From assembly GCA_012798435.1 (NCBI GenBank), contig JAAZNF010000113.1, forward strand, positions 24,979 through 88,978: 64,000 nucleotides of DNA, written 5' to 3'. Position numbers and translations under genes: made by a program. A model generated the notes under the pieces. That model was not told the origin of the DNA. It ran no database searches and saw only the letters and a list, made by a program, of their open reading frames with translations. This stretch comes from Myxococcales bacterium. Its GTDB lineage: Bacteria > Myxococcota > B64-G9. Of the stretch, positions 56,185 to 64,000 are shown one piece after another (position 1 is the first letter of the stretch; each line of letters begins with the position of its first letter).

Positions 56185-58084
56185 ACCTGCGAATCGTCCC
56201 GGTCTCCCGGGTCGAGTATCCGCCCAGCGACTCGACCTCCCTGCAAAAATCCTTGTCCGCCAGGATCTCGAGGATCAGCCGGATGCGCCTGTCCGAGAGG
56301 TGTTCTTGGGGGATCACCAGATCGTAGCGTTCGTCGGCGACGGGGACGAAATCCAGATCCTCGGCTTCGGCCGCGGCGCCGATGACCAGGCCGCAGTCGG
56401 CGATCCCCGAGCGCACCGCCTCGGCGACCGCCAGGTGAGTGAACTCCTCGTGATCGTATCCCAGGATCTTCTCCGGTCCGATCCCCTCCCGCCGCAGGAC
56501 GTGGTCGAACAGCACGCGGGTGCCCGAGCCTGCCTGCCGGTTCACGAAGCGCATTCCCGCGCGGACCGCGTCCCCGATCGAGGTGGGCCGGCGCGGATCG
56601 TCCCGGCGCAGGCACAGGCCCTGCTTACGCAGCGCAAGCGTGATTCGCTCGACCGGCCGGCCCGGCAACAACCTGGCGATCGCTTCACGGTTGTAGTCTC
56701 GGCCGTCACTGTCGAGGAGGTGGCTGCCGGCCAGGTGCGCTTCCGAGCGCGCCAGGGCGAGCAGCCCGGCCTGGCTCCCGACCGGCAGCACCGCGAGCGA
56801 GCACCCCGGCGCCTTGCGCCCGATGAAGTCGTCCAAAAGGGAAAGCGCCAGATCGTGCGAGCCGGCGAAGAGGACGCTTTCCTCGACCTCGCGGCGGGAG
56901 CAGAGCAGTTCGACCTCCACCGGCGCGCCCGCCTGCAGGCCCTCGTCGGCGGCGCTGATCCGAACCAGCCCCTGGGCCCGCGCCAGCGTGGTCAGCGCGC
57001 CCGCCCCACGCCCCAGCGGCACCGCCACCCAGCGCGCCCCGATCTTGCCCACCAGCACTCGGATGATCTCCTCCAGTCCGGCCCGGCTGGGAATGCTCCG
57101 AAGCAGCGTGGCGCTCAACCGCTCACGCTCCGGTAGCGCCGCCCCCGCGAGGTGCGCCAGCACCGGCCGCACCAGCCGTTCGGCCACCACCACGGCGCTC
57201 ACCGGAAAGCCGGGGAGCCCGATCACGGGCGTCCCGTCCACCAGGCCGGCGAAGGCCGGTTTACCGGGCATGAGGGCCAGGCCGTGGAACAGAAGCTCGC
57301 CACAGCGCGCGATGATGGCCGGCATGAAGTCGCCGCGGCCGGCCGAGGAGCCCGCCAGCGTGAGCACCACGTCGAATCGCCGCGCCGCATCCCGCACGGC
57401 GTCTTCGAGGAGGTCCTCGCGATCGACGACCGGCGAGAGGCGCTGTGGCGCGCCGCCCCAATCCGCGACCATGGCCGCGATCATGCGCGAGTTGGATTCC
57501 ACCACCTTGCCCGGGCGGGGATCCTCGCCCGGCTGGCACAGCTCATCGCCAGTCGGGAGGATGCCCACGCCGGGTCGGCAGCGCACTTCGATCTCGGTGA
57601 CGCCGGCGGCCAGCAGAACACCCATGCGCGCCGGTGTGAGTAAGCGCCCGGAGGCGAGCAGGATCTCGCCGCCCGACAGATCCTCGCCCGTCAGGCGCAC
57701 GTGTTGCCGCGGATAGGCGGCGGCCGTGATCTCGAAACCGTCGGCGACGGCCTGCAGGTTCTCGATGGGGATCACCGCGTCGCAGCCCGCCGGCAGCGGA
57801 TCGCCGGTGTCGATGGGAAAGGCCTCGCGCCCGCTCAGCAGGCGTTGGGGCGAGGTGGCCGAGGCCCCGGCGGTCGCCGCCGCCGCCACCGCGATACCGT
57901 CCATGGCTGCGGCATGGTAGGCGGGCGAGCTGTGCCGTGCCCGCACCCTGGCCGAGGTCAGGCGGCCCGCCGCCGCCTCGACCTTGATGCGCTCGGCGGG
58001 CAGGCTTCCGGGAGGGCCCAATCGAGCGAGCAGGCGTGCCAACGCCAGACCGGGATCGAGCAGTTCGCGGTAGCGGGGCTTCAT
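56183..58084 (-). CDS. moeA: Molybdopterin molybdenumtransferase MoeA fused to a C-terminal periplasmic-binding-protein-like domain
   Basis: The start is set at MKPRYRELL (58084). MoeA motifs are AMDGIAV, ILPTGDEL and LTLAGSSAGRGDF. The C-terminal ~220 aa (LAVLPVGSQAGLLALARSEAHLAGSHLLD...VNRQAGSGTRVL) resembles PBP-like anion-binding domains. Confidence 0.85.
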   Translation of the reverse strand: MKPRYRELLDPGLALARLLARLGPPGSLPAERIKVEAAAGRLTSARVRARHSSPAYHAAAMDGIAVAAAATAGASATSPQRLLSGREAFPIDTGDPLPAGCDAVIPIENLQAVADGFEITAAAYPRQHVRLTGEDLSGGEILLASGRLLTPARMGVLLAAGVTEIEVRCRPGVGILPTGDELCQPGEDPRPGKVVESNSRMIAAMVADWGGAPQRLSPVVDREDLLEDAVRDAARRFDVVLTLAGSSAGRGDFMPAIIARCGELLFHGLALMPGKPAFAGLVDGTPVIGLPGFPVSAVVVAERLVRPVLAHLAGAALPERERLSATLLRSIPSRAGLEEIIRVLVGKIGARWVAVPLGRGAGALTTLARAQGLVRISAADEGLQAGAPVEVELLCSRREVEESVLFAGSHDLALSLLDDFIGRKAPGCSLAVLPVGSQAGLLALARSEAHLAGSHLLDSDGRDYNREAIARLLPGRPVERITLALRKQGLCLRRDDPRRPTSIGDAVRAGMRFVNRQAGSGTRVLFDHVLRREGIGPEKILGYDHEEFTHLAVAEAVRSGIADCGLVIGAAAEAEDLDFVPVADERYDLVIPQEHLSDRRIRLILEILADKDFCREVESLGGYSTRETGTIRR

Positions 58085-59313
58085 CGTAGCAGCTCGACCT
58101 CCGCCTCGTCTCCCTCGGCGTATCCTTCCCGCCCGGCGGGGATGCGCACCCACCCGTCGCAGAACAGGAGCGAGGTGAACACCGCCGAGTTCCACAGCAC
58201 CGGCGTGGCCCGCAACACGCCGCGTTCCTCCTCCAGCCGCACCGGTACGTAGGTCTCACGCCCGCTCATGGCCACCACGTTGGCCCGCAGCCGGACCTTG
58301 CGCGTGCGCGGCAGCGGCGCTCGCGCCTCGCCGGCCAGGCGTCGGAGCAGGGGCGCCACCACCACCGCAAACACCACGAACGAGCTGACCGGGTGACCCG
58401 GCAACCCGAAGGCCGGGATGCCGCCGATGTCCGCAAGCAAAGTGGGCTTGCCCGGGGCGATAGCGATGCCGTGGACCAGTAGCCCGGCCGGCCCCATGCG
58501 TGCCAACACGTCCGCGGTGTGATCGCGCTCGCCTACCGAGCTGCCGCCGGAGATGAGCAGCAGGTCCACCCGCGACCGGGCCTGCTGCACCGCCTGCTCC
58601 AGCGCCTGCACGTCGTCGGCCACGCGCGGCAGCATCACCGGCGTGCCTCCCGCCATGAGGACCTGGACGGACAGCACCGGCCCGTTGGTGTCGCGCACCT
58701 TGCCCGGTCCCGGCACTTGCGTCATGTCCACCAGCTCGTCGCCGGTGGACAGTATGCCCACCAGCGGCCGCGCGCGCACCCGTACCTGGGTGACGCCGGT
58801 GGCCGCCAACGCGCCCACGTCCAGCGGGGCGATGCGGCGCCCGGCCGGGAACATCTGGATCCCCCGGGCCAGGTCCTCGCCGGGGAGCAGCACGTGGTCA
58901 TGGGCCGCCGCGGCATGACTGATCTCGACGGCGTCTCCCGTCGGGCGGGTGTGTTCGATCATCACCACGGCGTCCGCGCCCGCCGGCAGCATGGCGCCGG
59001 TGTGCACCCGCACCGCCTGCCCCGGGCCGACCTCGACCGCGGCCGCCTCGCCCATGCGCACCTCGCCGCGTACCGCGAGCAGCACCGGCGCGCTCTCGCG
59101 GGCCGAGGCCACGTCGGCGGCTCGCACCGCGTAACCGTCCATCAGCGCCCGCGGGAAGGTCGGCAGGGCCTCGGGCGCCACTACCGGCTCGGCCGCCACC
59201 CGGCCCACCGCCTGGAGCAAGGGCACGCTCTCGGTGCGTTCCACGGGCCGAAAGCGCACGAACAGCCGCAGCACCTCATCGACCGATAGCAGGTTCAAGA
59301 ACTCGCTTCCCAT
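58081..59313 (-). CDS. moeA: Molybdopterin molybdenumtransferase MoeA
   Basis: MGSEFLNLLSVDEVL..., ALMDGYAVRAAD, ILSTGDELV, LLISGGSSVGERDH and IAPGKP. The product is 410 aa. An ATGA overlap links it to the downstream moeA-fusion gene. Confidence 0.9.
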   Translation of the reverse strand: MGSEFLNLLSVDEVLRLFVRFRPVERTESVPLLQAVGRVAAEPVVAPEALPTFPRALMDGYAVRAADVASARESAPVLLAVRGEVRMGEAAAVEVGPGQAVRVHTGAMLPAGADAVVMIEHTRPTGDAVEISHAAAAHDHVLLPGEDLARGIQMFPAGRRIAPLDVGALAATGVTQVRVRARPLVGILSTGDELVDMTQVPGPGKVRDTNGPVLSVQVLMAGGTPVMLPRVADDVQALEQAVQQARSRVDLLLISGGSSVGERDHTADVLARMGPAGLLVHGIAIAPGKPTLLADIGGIPAFGLPGHPVSSFVVFAVVVAPLLRRLAGEARAPLPRTRKVRLRANVVAMSGRETYVPVRLEEERGVLRATPVLWNSAVFTSLLFCDGWVRIPAGREGYAEGDEAEVELLR

Positions 59314-59330
59314 GAGTCTCCGTCTCCAAG

Positions 59331-59912
59331 CTACGGTTTGGCGCCGGCGGCCGGCGGGTTCATGGCCCGGTCGAGGAGCTGGCTCAAGCACGAGCGCAGG
59401 ACCAGCACCGCCAGTACGCACAGGCCCACCAACAGGAGCAGGATCTTGATCCGGGTGTTGGACGAGGTCTTCGGTGCTGGCGCCGAGGGCAGGTCGACGC
59501 CCAGGTCGGTCCGCCCGGCCACCTCGAACTGGAAGGCGTGGCTGCGGCGCCAGTTCTCGAACACTCGTTCCCGGTCCTTGTCGGACAGGCACTCGCCCAT
59601 CTGGGGGTCGAACAGTTCGAGCCCGTTCTCCTGAGCGAGGTCGAATGCCGCGTCGATGGCCCGCCGCCCGTCGGCATCCGAGAGCCCCAGCGGAAAGTCC
59701 AGGGTCAGGCTCTGCGAGGTGCGCTGGGCGTCCGCCTGGGCGTCCCAGCCGCCGGCCGCGCTGGGCGCGAGCCGCACCACGCCACCCGGTAGGGCAAGTT
59801 CGTGATGTTTCGTTGTGGTCTCCACAAAGCCGCGGCGCACGAGCGAGGCGCCCAGGCCATCGCGGGCGCCGCTCGATTCGCCCGCGGCGCGGAGGATCAG
59901 TTCGTAGCGCAC
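59331..59912 (-). CDS. Hypothetical tail-anchored membrane protein
   Basis: GTG 59912 is preceded by AGGAGAGG. The soluble N-domain is followed by a C-terminal TM helix (IKILLLLVGLCVLAVLVL). I recognise no family. The start is uncertain. Confidence 0.45.
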   Translation of the reverse strand: MRYELILRAAGESSGARDGLGASLVRRGFVETTTKHHELALPGGVVRLAPSAAGGWDAQADAQRTSQSLTLDFPLGLSDADGRRAIDAAFDLAQENGLELFDPQMGECLSDKDRERVFENWRRSHAFQFEVAGRTDLGVDLPSAPAPKTSSNTRIKILLLLVGLCVLAVLVLRSCLSQLLDRAMNPPAAGAKP

Positions 59913-60012
59913 CCTGCCTCTCCTGGCGCCGACGCGCCGGGCATTGCATCCGGCGGCCGAGTATCGTATCAATCCCCGGCCGAGGCAAGTGGAGCCAGCG
60001 AACGAGGCGAAC

Positions 60013-60876
60013 ATGCAGATTTCCGGTTACCAGGTCTTCTCGCTGCTGGAGGGAACCTTCCTGCTGGACGGCGGCTCCATGTTCGGCATCGTGCCGCGAC
60101 CCCTGTGGGCGCGGCACCACCCGCCCGATGAACGCGGCCGCATCGTCATGGCGCTGCGCTGCCTGCTGCTGGTCGGCGAGGGACGCCGCATCCTGGTCGA
60201 CGCTGGCTTGGGCGAGCGCTTTCGCGGCAAGAGCGAGGAGATCTACCGCTACCGGGCGAATGGCGGCGGCCTGTCGGCCCAGCTGGCCCGCCTCGGGGTG
60301 CGGCCGGACGACATCACCGACGTGATCGCCTCCCACCTGCACTTCGATCACGTGGGCGGGTTGCTGAGCGCCGGAGCGGCTGGCGCGCTGACCCCGGTGT
60401 TCCCGCGGGCCCGGGTACATTTGCAGCGGGAGGGCTGGGAGTGGGCCCGCGCCCCCTCGTTGTGGGACGAGGCCAGTTTCTTCCAGCAGGACCTCGACGT
60501 GTGGGAGCGGACCCTGGAGCTCGACTTTTTGTCGGGCGACGCCGAGCTCGCCCCGCGCCTCCGGGTGCGGGCCAACGCCGGCCACACGCCGGGGCATCAG
60601 GTGGTGATCGTCGGCGAGGGGAGCGAGACGCTGGTCTTCTGCGCCGACCTCATCCCCACCGCCACCCACCTCCGGCTCCCCTACATCATGGCCTACGATC
60701 AGCGCCCGCTGCAGACGCTGGAGGAGAAGGAGATCCTGTTGGCCCAGGCGCTGGAGGAGGACTGGATCCTGGTCTTCGAGCACGATCCCTTCGTCGCCGC
60801 CTGCCGACTCCAGGAGAAGGACGGCCGCGCCGAGGCGGCCGAGGCGGTGTGCCTCAACCTGCCGGCGCCGAGGTGA
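60013..60876 (+). CDS. MBL-fold metallo-hydrolase
   Basis: MQISGYQVFSLLEGTFLLDGGSMFG, the HxHxDH motif ASHLHFDHVGG, and NAGHTPGHQV. Confidence 0.8.
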   Translation: MQISGYQVFSLLEGTFLLDGGSMFGIVPRPLWARHHPPDERGRIVMALRCLLLVGEGRRILVDAGLGERFRGKSEEIYRYRANGGGLSAQLARLGVRPDDITDVIASHLHFDHVGGLLSAGAAGALTPVFPRARVHLQREGWEWARAPSLWDEASFFQQDLDVWERTLELDFLSGDAELAPRLRVRANAGHTPGHQVVIVGEGSETLVFCADLIPTATHLRLPYIMAYDQRPLQTLEEKEILLAQALEEDWILVFEHDPFVAACRLQEKDGRAEAAEAVCLNLPAPR

Positions 60877-60879
60877 GCA

Positions 60880-61602
60880 TTGTTGAGAGCGCTGCTCTTC
60901 GATCTGGACGGCACGTTGATCGACTCGGCCGAGGACATCGCCATCTCGGCGCAGCGCGGGTTCGAGGAGGTCGGGGTGGTGGGCGTATCCCGCGAGGAGG
61001 TGCGCGCCCATCTAGGCCTGTCGCTGGCCGATCTGTATCGGGCGCTGTGCCCGGACGGCGACGCCGCCCGGCGCGAACGCTTCATCCAGGCCTACCGGCG
61101 CCACTACGCCGAGCACGGCACCGAGCACACCTCGGTGTACCCCGGGGTTGAGGAGACGTTGCGTGCCCTGTCGCACCTGCGCCTGGGGGTGGCCACCACC
61201 AAGCTGACCGCCGTGGCCGAGCAAGTGCTGGCCAAGATGGGCCTGCGGGAACATTTCCAACACGTGCAGGGGACGGACGGCTTTCCGCCCAAGCCGCACC
61301 CCGAGGTGGTCCGGCGCGCCCTGGCCGCGTTGGGTTCTCCCGCCGAGTCTGCCGCGCTGGTGGGGGACACCGATCGCGACGTGCTGGCGGCGCGGGCGGC
61401 GGGGGTGCGCGCCGCGGCGGTGACCTACGGGGGCTGGTCCCGCCAGCGCCTGGCCGCCCTCGCGCCGGACGTGCTGCTGGATCGCTTCTCCGACCTCGTC
61501 TACTGGGTCGGATCCAACGAGGGAGTGCCTGGTGTCGGGGGGCTGGGCGCGGGGCGCGGGGCGGGCGGGGGCGGCGCGGGGTTCTCGACGCTGATGAGGT
61601 AG
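60880..61602 (+). CDS. HAD-superfamily hydrolase (phosphoglycolate phosphatase-like)
   Basis: The TTG start is followed by LLFDLDGTLIDS (DxDGT motif I), VATTK (motif II) and VGDTDRDVLAARAAG (motif IV). A Gly-rich tail overlaps the convergent GT39 gene. Confidence 0.85.
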   Translation: MLRALLFDLDGTLIDSAEDIAISAQRGFEEVGVVGVSREEVRAHLGLSLADLYRALCPDGDAARRERFIQAYRRHYAEHGTEHTSVYPGVEETLRALSHLRLGVATTKLTAVAEQVLAKMGLREHFQHVQGTDGFPPKPHPEVVRRALAALGSPAESAALVGDTDRDVLAARAAGVRAAAVTYGGWSRQRLAALAPDVLLDRFSDLVYWVGSNEGVPGVGGLGAGRGAGGGGAGFSTLMR

Positions 61603-63395
61603 AACTTGTTGCAGCTCCGGTCCAGGATGCGCAGCGAGCGCCGCTGCTCGGGGCTCAGCTGATCTTTCAGCTTCTCCAGCCGGCCCTGCTCGACCAGCAA
61701 AAACACCCGCCGGTCGCGGTGCTGCGCCAGGAAGTCCTGGAGTTTCCCCGCGTTCTTGAGCTGCACCACCTCGTTGCGGGTGTAGAAGGTCTCGCCGCGC
61801 CAGTTCATGAGGTACGCCCCGATCGGCTCTCCCGGCGCGCGCAGGGCGTAGTAGGTGTCCGCCAGGTGTCGCTGGCTCCAGTGCGGGCCCATGGCGGAAA
61901 AGAAGTACCAGCCGCTCCACACCGCCCCCAGGATGGCGCCGATCGAGAGCGCCGCCCGCATGTGCCGCGCCAGCCGGTCGCGCGACCACAAGAACAGCCC
62001 GGCCAGCGAGAGCGACAGCAGCCCGTAGATGACGCCGTAGCCGATCTGGCCCGGGACGGCGGCGTCCTTGGGAAAGTCCCGGGTGTAGTTGTACACGAAG
62101 AGGTCGACCATGGCCTTCGGGGTGAGCCCGATGTCGCGCGAGACGAGGATCACGCCGAGCACGAGCAGGAGCGGCATCAGCACCCGGCCCAGCTCCTCCG
62201 GGTTCCGCGCCGCGCGGCACAGCCAGATGGCCGCCAGCAGCGCCAGCGCCGGGGCCACCGGCAGGGCGTAGTGGTGGAACTTGGTCATGGAGAGCGAGAA
62301 CAAGGCGAACCCCGCCACCGCCCACAGGACCACGAACAGCTCCACCCGCTGCGCGGGGGAGGCCGGCTCGCGCTCGACCCGCGAGAGGCTCTTCGCCGTC
62401 CCCCACATCATGAAGGGGAACCACGGGTGGGTGCCCAGGCCGAGCTGCTCGACGAAGTAGGCGAACGTCCCTCGATCCCCGTGCACCCCCGAGCCCAGCC
62501 GGTACAGGTGATCGTGGAGGAAGAAGCGCGCGAAGAAGGTCTTTCCCTCGTCGTCTTGCAGCTTGCGGACCGCCGAGGCGATGCTGAGATAGACGAACCA
62601 CGGCGCGGCCACGAGCAGCATGAGCAGGCCGCCGGAGACGATCCGCACCGCGCGCAGCCTCTGCCAGTCTCCGCTCACCACAAGGTACAGCAAGAAAAGC
62701 AACCCCGGGAACACCGCGCCCAGCAGGCCCTTTCCCAGGATGGCCAGGCCCAGGGCCGCCCAGCCGAGGTAGAGCAGCCCCCGCCGCGGCCGCTCGTCGT
62801 CGAACGCGCCTAGCAGAATCAGAATCATCCCCGCGGTCATGAGCGAGACGAGCGGCATGTCGGTCATGGCCTGGCGGGCCACGAAGGCGTACTGCGGCGA
62901 GGTGCCCAGCACCACCGCGGCCAGCAGCCCTTCGGCCACGCCGAAGAACCTCCGTCCCAGGGCGAAGACGGCCAGCAACCCCAGCATGGCCAGCAGCGCA
63001 AACGGCAAGCGCACCGCCCACTCCAGCCCCGGCTTGATGCCGCCGCCTTCCTGGTGCGGCCCGATGATAGCCATGGGCACGGCCATGAGCCACATGCTGA
63101 GCGCGGGTTTGGAGAAGAAGTACTTGTTCTCCAGCGGCTGATTCGGGCTGTGCTCCCAGGTGGGCTCGATCCAGTTGCCGCTCTCGACCATCTCGCGCGC
63201 CACCTCGGCGTAGTGCGGTTCCCAGGGATCCCACAGTCCGGTGCTCCCCAAGAAAGGGAGGTACAGAAATGCCCCCAGCGCGAGCACGAGGGCCCAGGGC
63301 CGAAAGCCGCTGGCCCACCCGGCGTTCGAGCTCGCCGGCGCGGAGGCCGGCGGCATCACAGATGTGGTGGGGGAGGGGTCTTCCATGGTGCGCAA
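61500..63395 (-). CDS. Glycosyltransferase family 39 (ArnT/PMT-like) polytopic membrane protein
   Basis: The N-terminus LYLPFLGSTGLWDPWEPHYAEVAREM carries the D/E-x-D/E-type first-loop motif of GT-C/GT39 enzymes. More than 10 hydrophobic helices follow, then a soluble C-terminal domain and a Pro-rich tail. Confidence 0.75.
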   Translation of the reverse strand: MRTMEDPSPTTSVMPPASAPASSNAGWASGFRPWALVLALGAFLYLPFLGSTGLWDPWEPHYAEVAREMVESGNWIEPTWEHSPNQPLENKYFFSKPALSMWLMAVPMAIIGPHQEGGGIKPGLEWAVRLPFALLAMLGLLAVFALGRRFFGVAEGLLAAVVLGTSPQYAFVARQAMTDMPLVSLMTAGMILILLGAFDDERPRRGLLYLGWAALGLAILGKGLLGAVFPGLLFLLYLVVSGDWQRLRAVRIVSGGLLMLLVAAPWFVYLSIASAVRKLQDDEGKTFFARFFLHDHLYRLGSGVHGDRGTFAYFVEQLGLGTHPWFPFMMWGTAKSLSRVEREPASPAQRVELFVVLWAVAGFALFSLSMTKFHHYALPVAPALALLAAIWLCRAARNPEELGRVLMPLLLVLGVILVSRDIGLTPKAMVDLFVYNYTRDFPKDAAVPGQIGYGVIYGLLSLSLAGLFLWSRDRLARHMRAALSIGAILGAVWSGWYFFSAMGPHWSQRHLADTYYALRAPGEPIGAYLMNWRGETFYTRNEVVQLKNAGKLQDFLAQHRDRRVFLLVEQGRLEKLKDQLSPEQRRSLRILDRSCNKFYLISVENPAPPPPAPRPAPSPPTPGTPSLDPTQ

Positions 63396-63441
63396 AATAG
63401 GCGGGCCGTGCCCGGCGTGTCAAATGCGCGCGCCGGGGAAA

Positions 63442-64000
63442 TCAGAACGACTGGCGCAAGTAGGCGAAGATGGTGCGCCCGATGAGTTCACCGCCCATGT
63501 AGCGGCCGTCGTCCAGAGGCAGCGAGGCCACGTCGAAGAACGGCTGGTTCAGCACGTTTTCGATCTGGATGCCGGCCTGGGTGCGCCGCCCCGCCAGCGT
63601 AAAGGTAAGCTCGGCGAAGAAGTCGAAGTAGGTATAGGCCTTTTCGAAGACGATCACCCGCGGCACCAGGATCGAGCCGCCGGGAGGCCGGGCGTCGGTG
63701 GTGGACGAGGCTCCGTGCATGCTAAGACCGGCCCACAGGCCTTCCCAGGGCTTGAAGGAGCCGGTGAGGTGGTAGCGCAGCGCCGGCTCCCACTGCACCC
63801 GTGAGCCCTTGGCGCCCTCGGCCGGCCCGGCGTCGGGTCCGATCTCCGAGACGTAGAAGCTGTAGCGGTAGATGGCGTTGGCGTTCAGCCGCAGACGGTC
63901 GCGGATGTACAGCGTGATGGAGAGCGAGCCGCCCAGCGAGTCCACGTCGCGGCCGGCGTTGCGCCACTCCATGCGGCTGTTCAGCAGGTCCGGCACCTGG
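63442..64000 (-). CDS. C-terminal part of an outer-membrane beta-barrel (TonB-dependent receptor-like); 5' end lies outside the window
   Basis: Alternating beta-strand pattern. The C-terminus RTIFAYLRQSF ends in an aromatic residue, which is typical of OMP barrels. The ORF is open at the window end. Confidence 0.55.
   Translation of the reverse strand, partial: QVPDLLNSRMEWRNAGRDVDSLGGSLSITLYIRDRLRLNANAIYRYSFYVSEIGPDAGPAEGAKGSRVQWEPALRYHLTGSFKPWEGLWAGLSMHGASSTTDARPPGGSILVPRVIVFEKAYTYFDFFAELTFTLAGRRTQAGIQIENVLNQPFFDVASLPLDDGRYMGGELIGRTIFAYLRQSF

Noticed and set aside
8825-60876. Three MBL-fold hydrolase genes (8825-9466, 53312-54229, 60013-60876) as parts of one system.
   Set aside because: They are dispersed, lie in unrelated operon contexts and differ in length and motifs outside HxHxDH. 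The family is simply abundant.
58081-61011. 976-aa minus-strand ORF that appears to join moeA with upstream sequence. Composite ORFs at 45029-46987, 52245-54038 and 56183-58195 are similar.
   Set aside because: Only the 3' portions carry family motifs and a proper signal peptide or RBS at internal starts. The 5' extensions overlap other supported genes on the same or opposite strand, so the starts were trimmed.
1-64000. CRISPR arrays, tRNA/rRNA genes, prophage or transposon content, and restriction or other recognisable defence genes.
   Set aside because: Reading both strands, I saw no short-period direct repeat arrays, cloverleaf-sized conserved RNAs, or integrase, transposase, capsid or terminase-like ORFs. 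The only tandem repeats found lie inside CDSs (10125-11172, 14920-15177, 31788-32015). A tRNAscan/CRISPR-finder run would be needed to exclude them formally.

Overview
This is a visibly GC-rich chromosomal segment (roughly 70% by eye, not computed) that reads like Myxococcota. Supporting signs are a MYXO-CTERM-type sorting tail on a secreted metalloprotease, an OmpA protein with thrombospondin-type-3 repeats, Hanks-type Ser/Thr kinases, PEGA domains and an FHA-FHA-sigma54 activator. I support about 46 protein-coding genes. I saw no rRNA, tRNA, CRISPR array, transposase or integrase.

Housekeeping anchors:
- gsk (partial)
- leuS-lptE-holA with a convergent rpsT
- dus
- HU
- two tandem moeA paralogs
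- a GT39 glycosyltransferase
- three MBL-fold hydrolases

The most interesting content is a fragmented Tad-like (possibly Kil-like) pilus gene set:
- A tight operon (1.0-5.7 kb) encodes TadE-like, TadG-like and TadE-like proteins, a secreted protein, a doubly duplicated CX3C mini-protein and an atypical Flp-like pilin.
- A candidate sigma54 promoter and IHF site precede this operon, and a dual-FHA sigma54 enhancer-binding protein follows it.
- An orphan CpaF-like ATPase with a repetitive disordered tail (13.6 kb) sits behind a 1289-aa cysteine-module lipoprotein.
- An orphan CpaB lies at 38.6 kb.

Other notable loci:
- a 3335-aa TPR giant
- a zinc-ribbon / predicted pseudokinase (PEGA) / NarL-type response regulator operon
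- an active Hanks kinase coupled to a TonB-dependent receptor that carries an N-terminal TPR plus three PEGA domains
- an orphan HicB-like protein with an RGG-rich tail

All family calls come from motif recognition by eye. No database search or computation was run.
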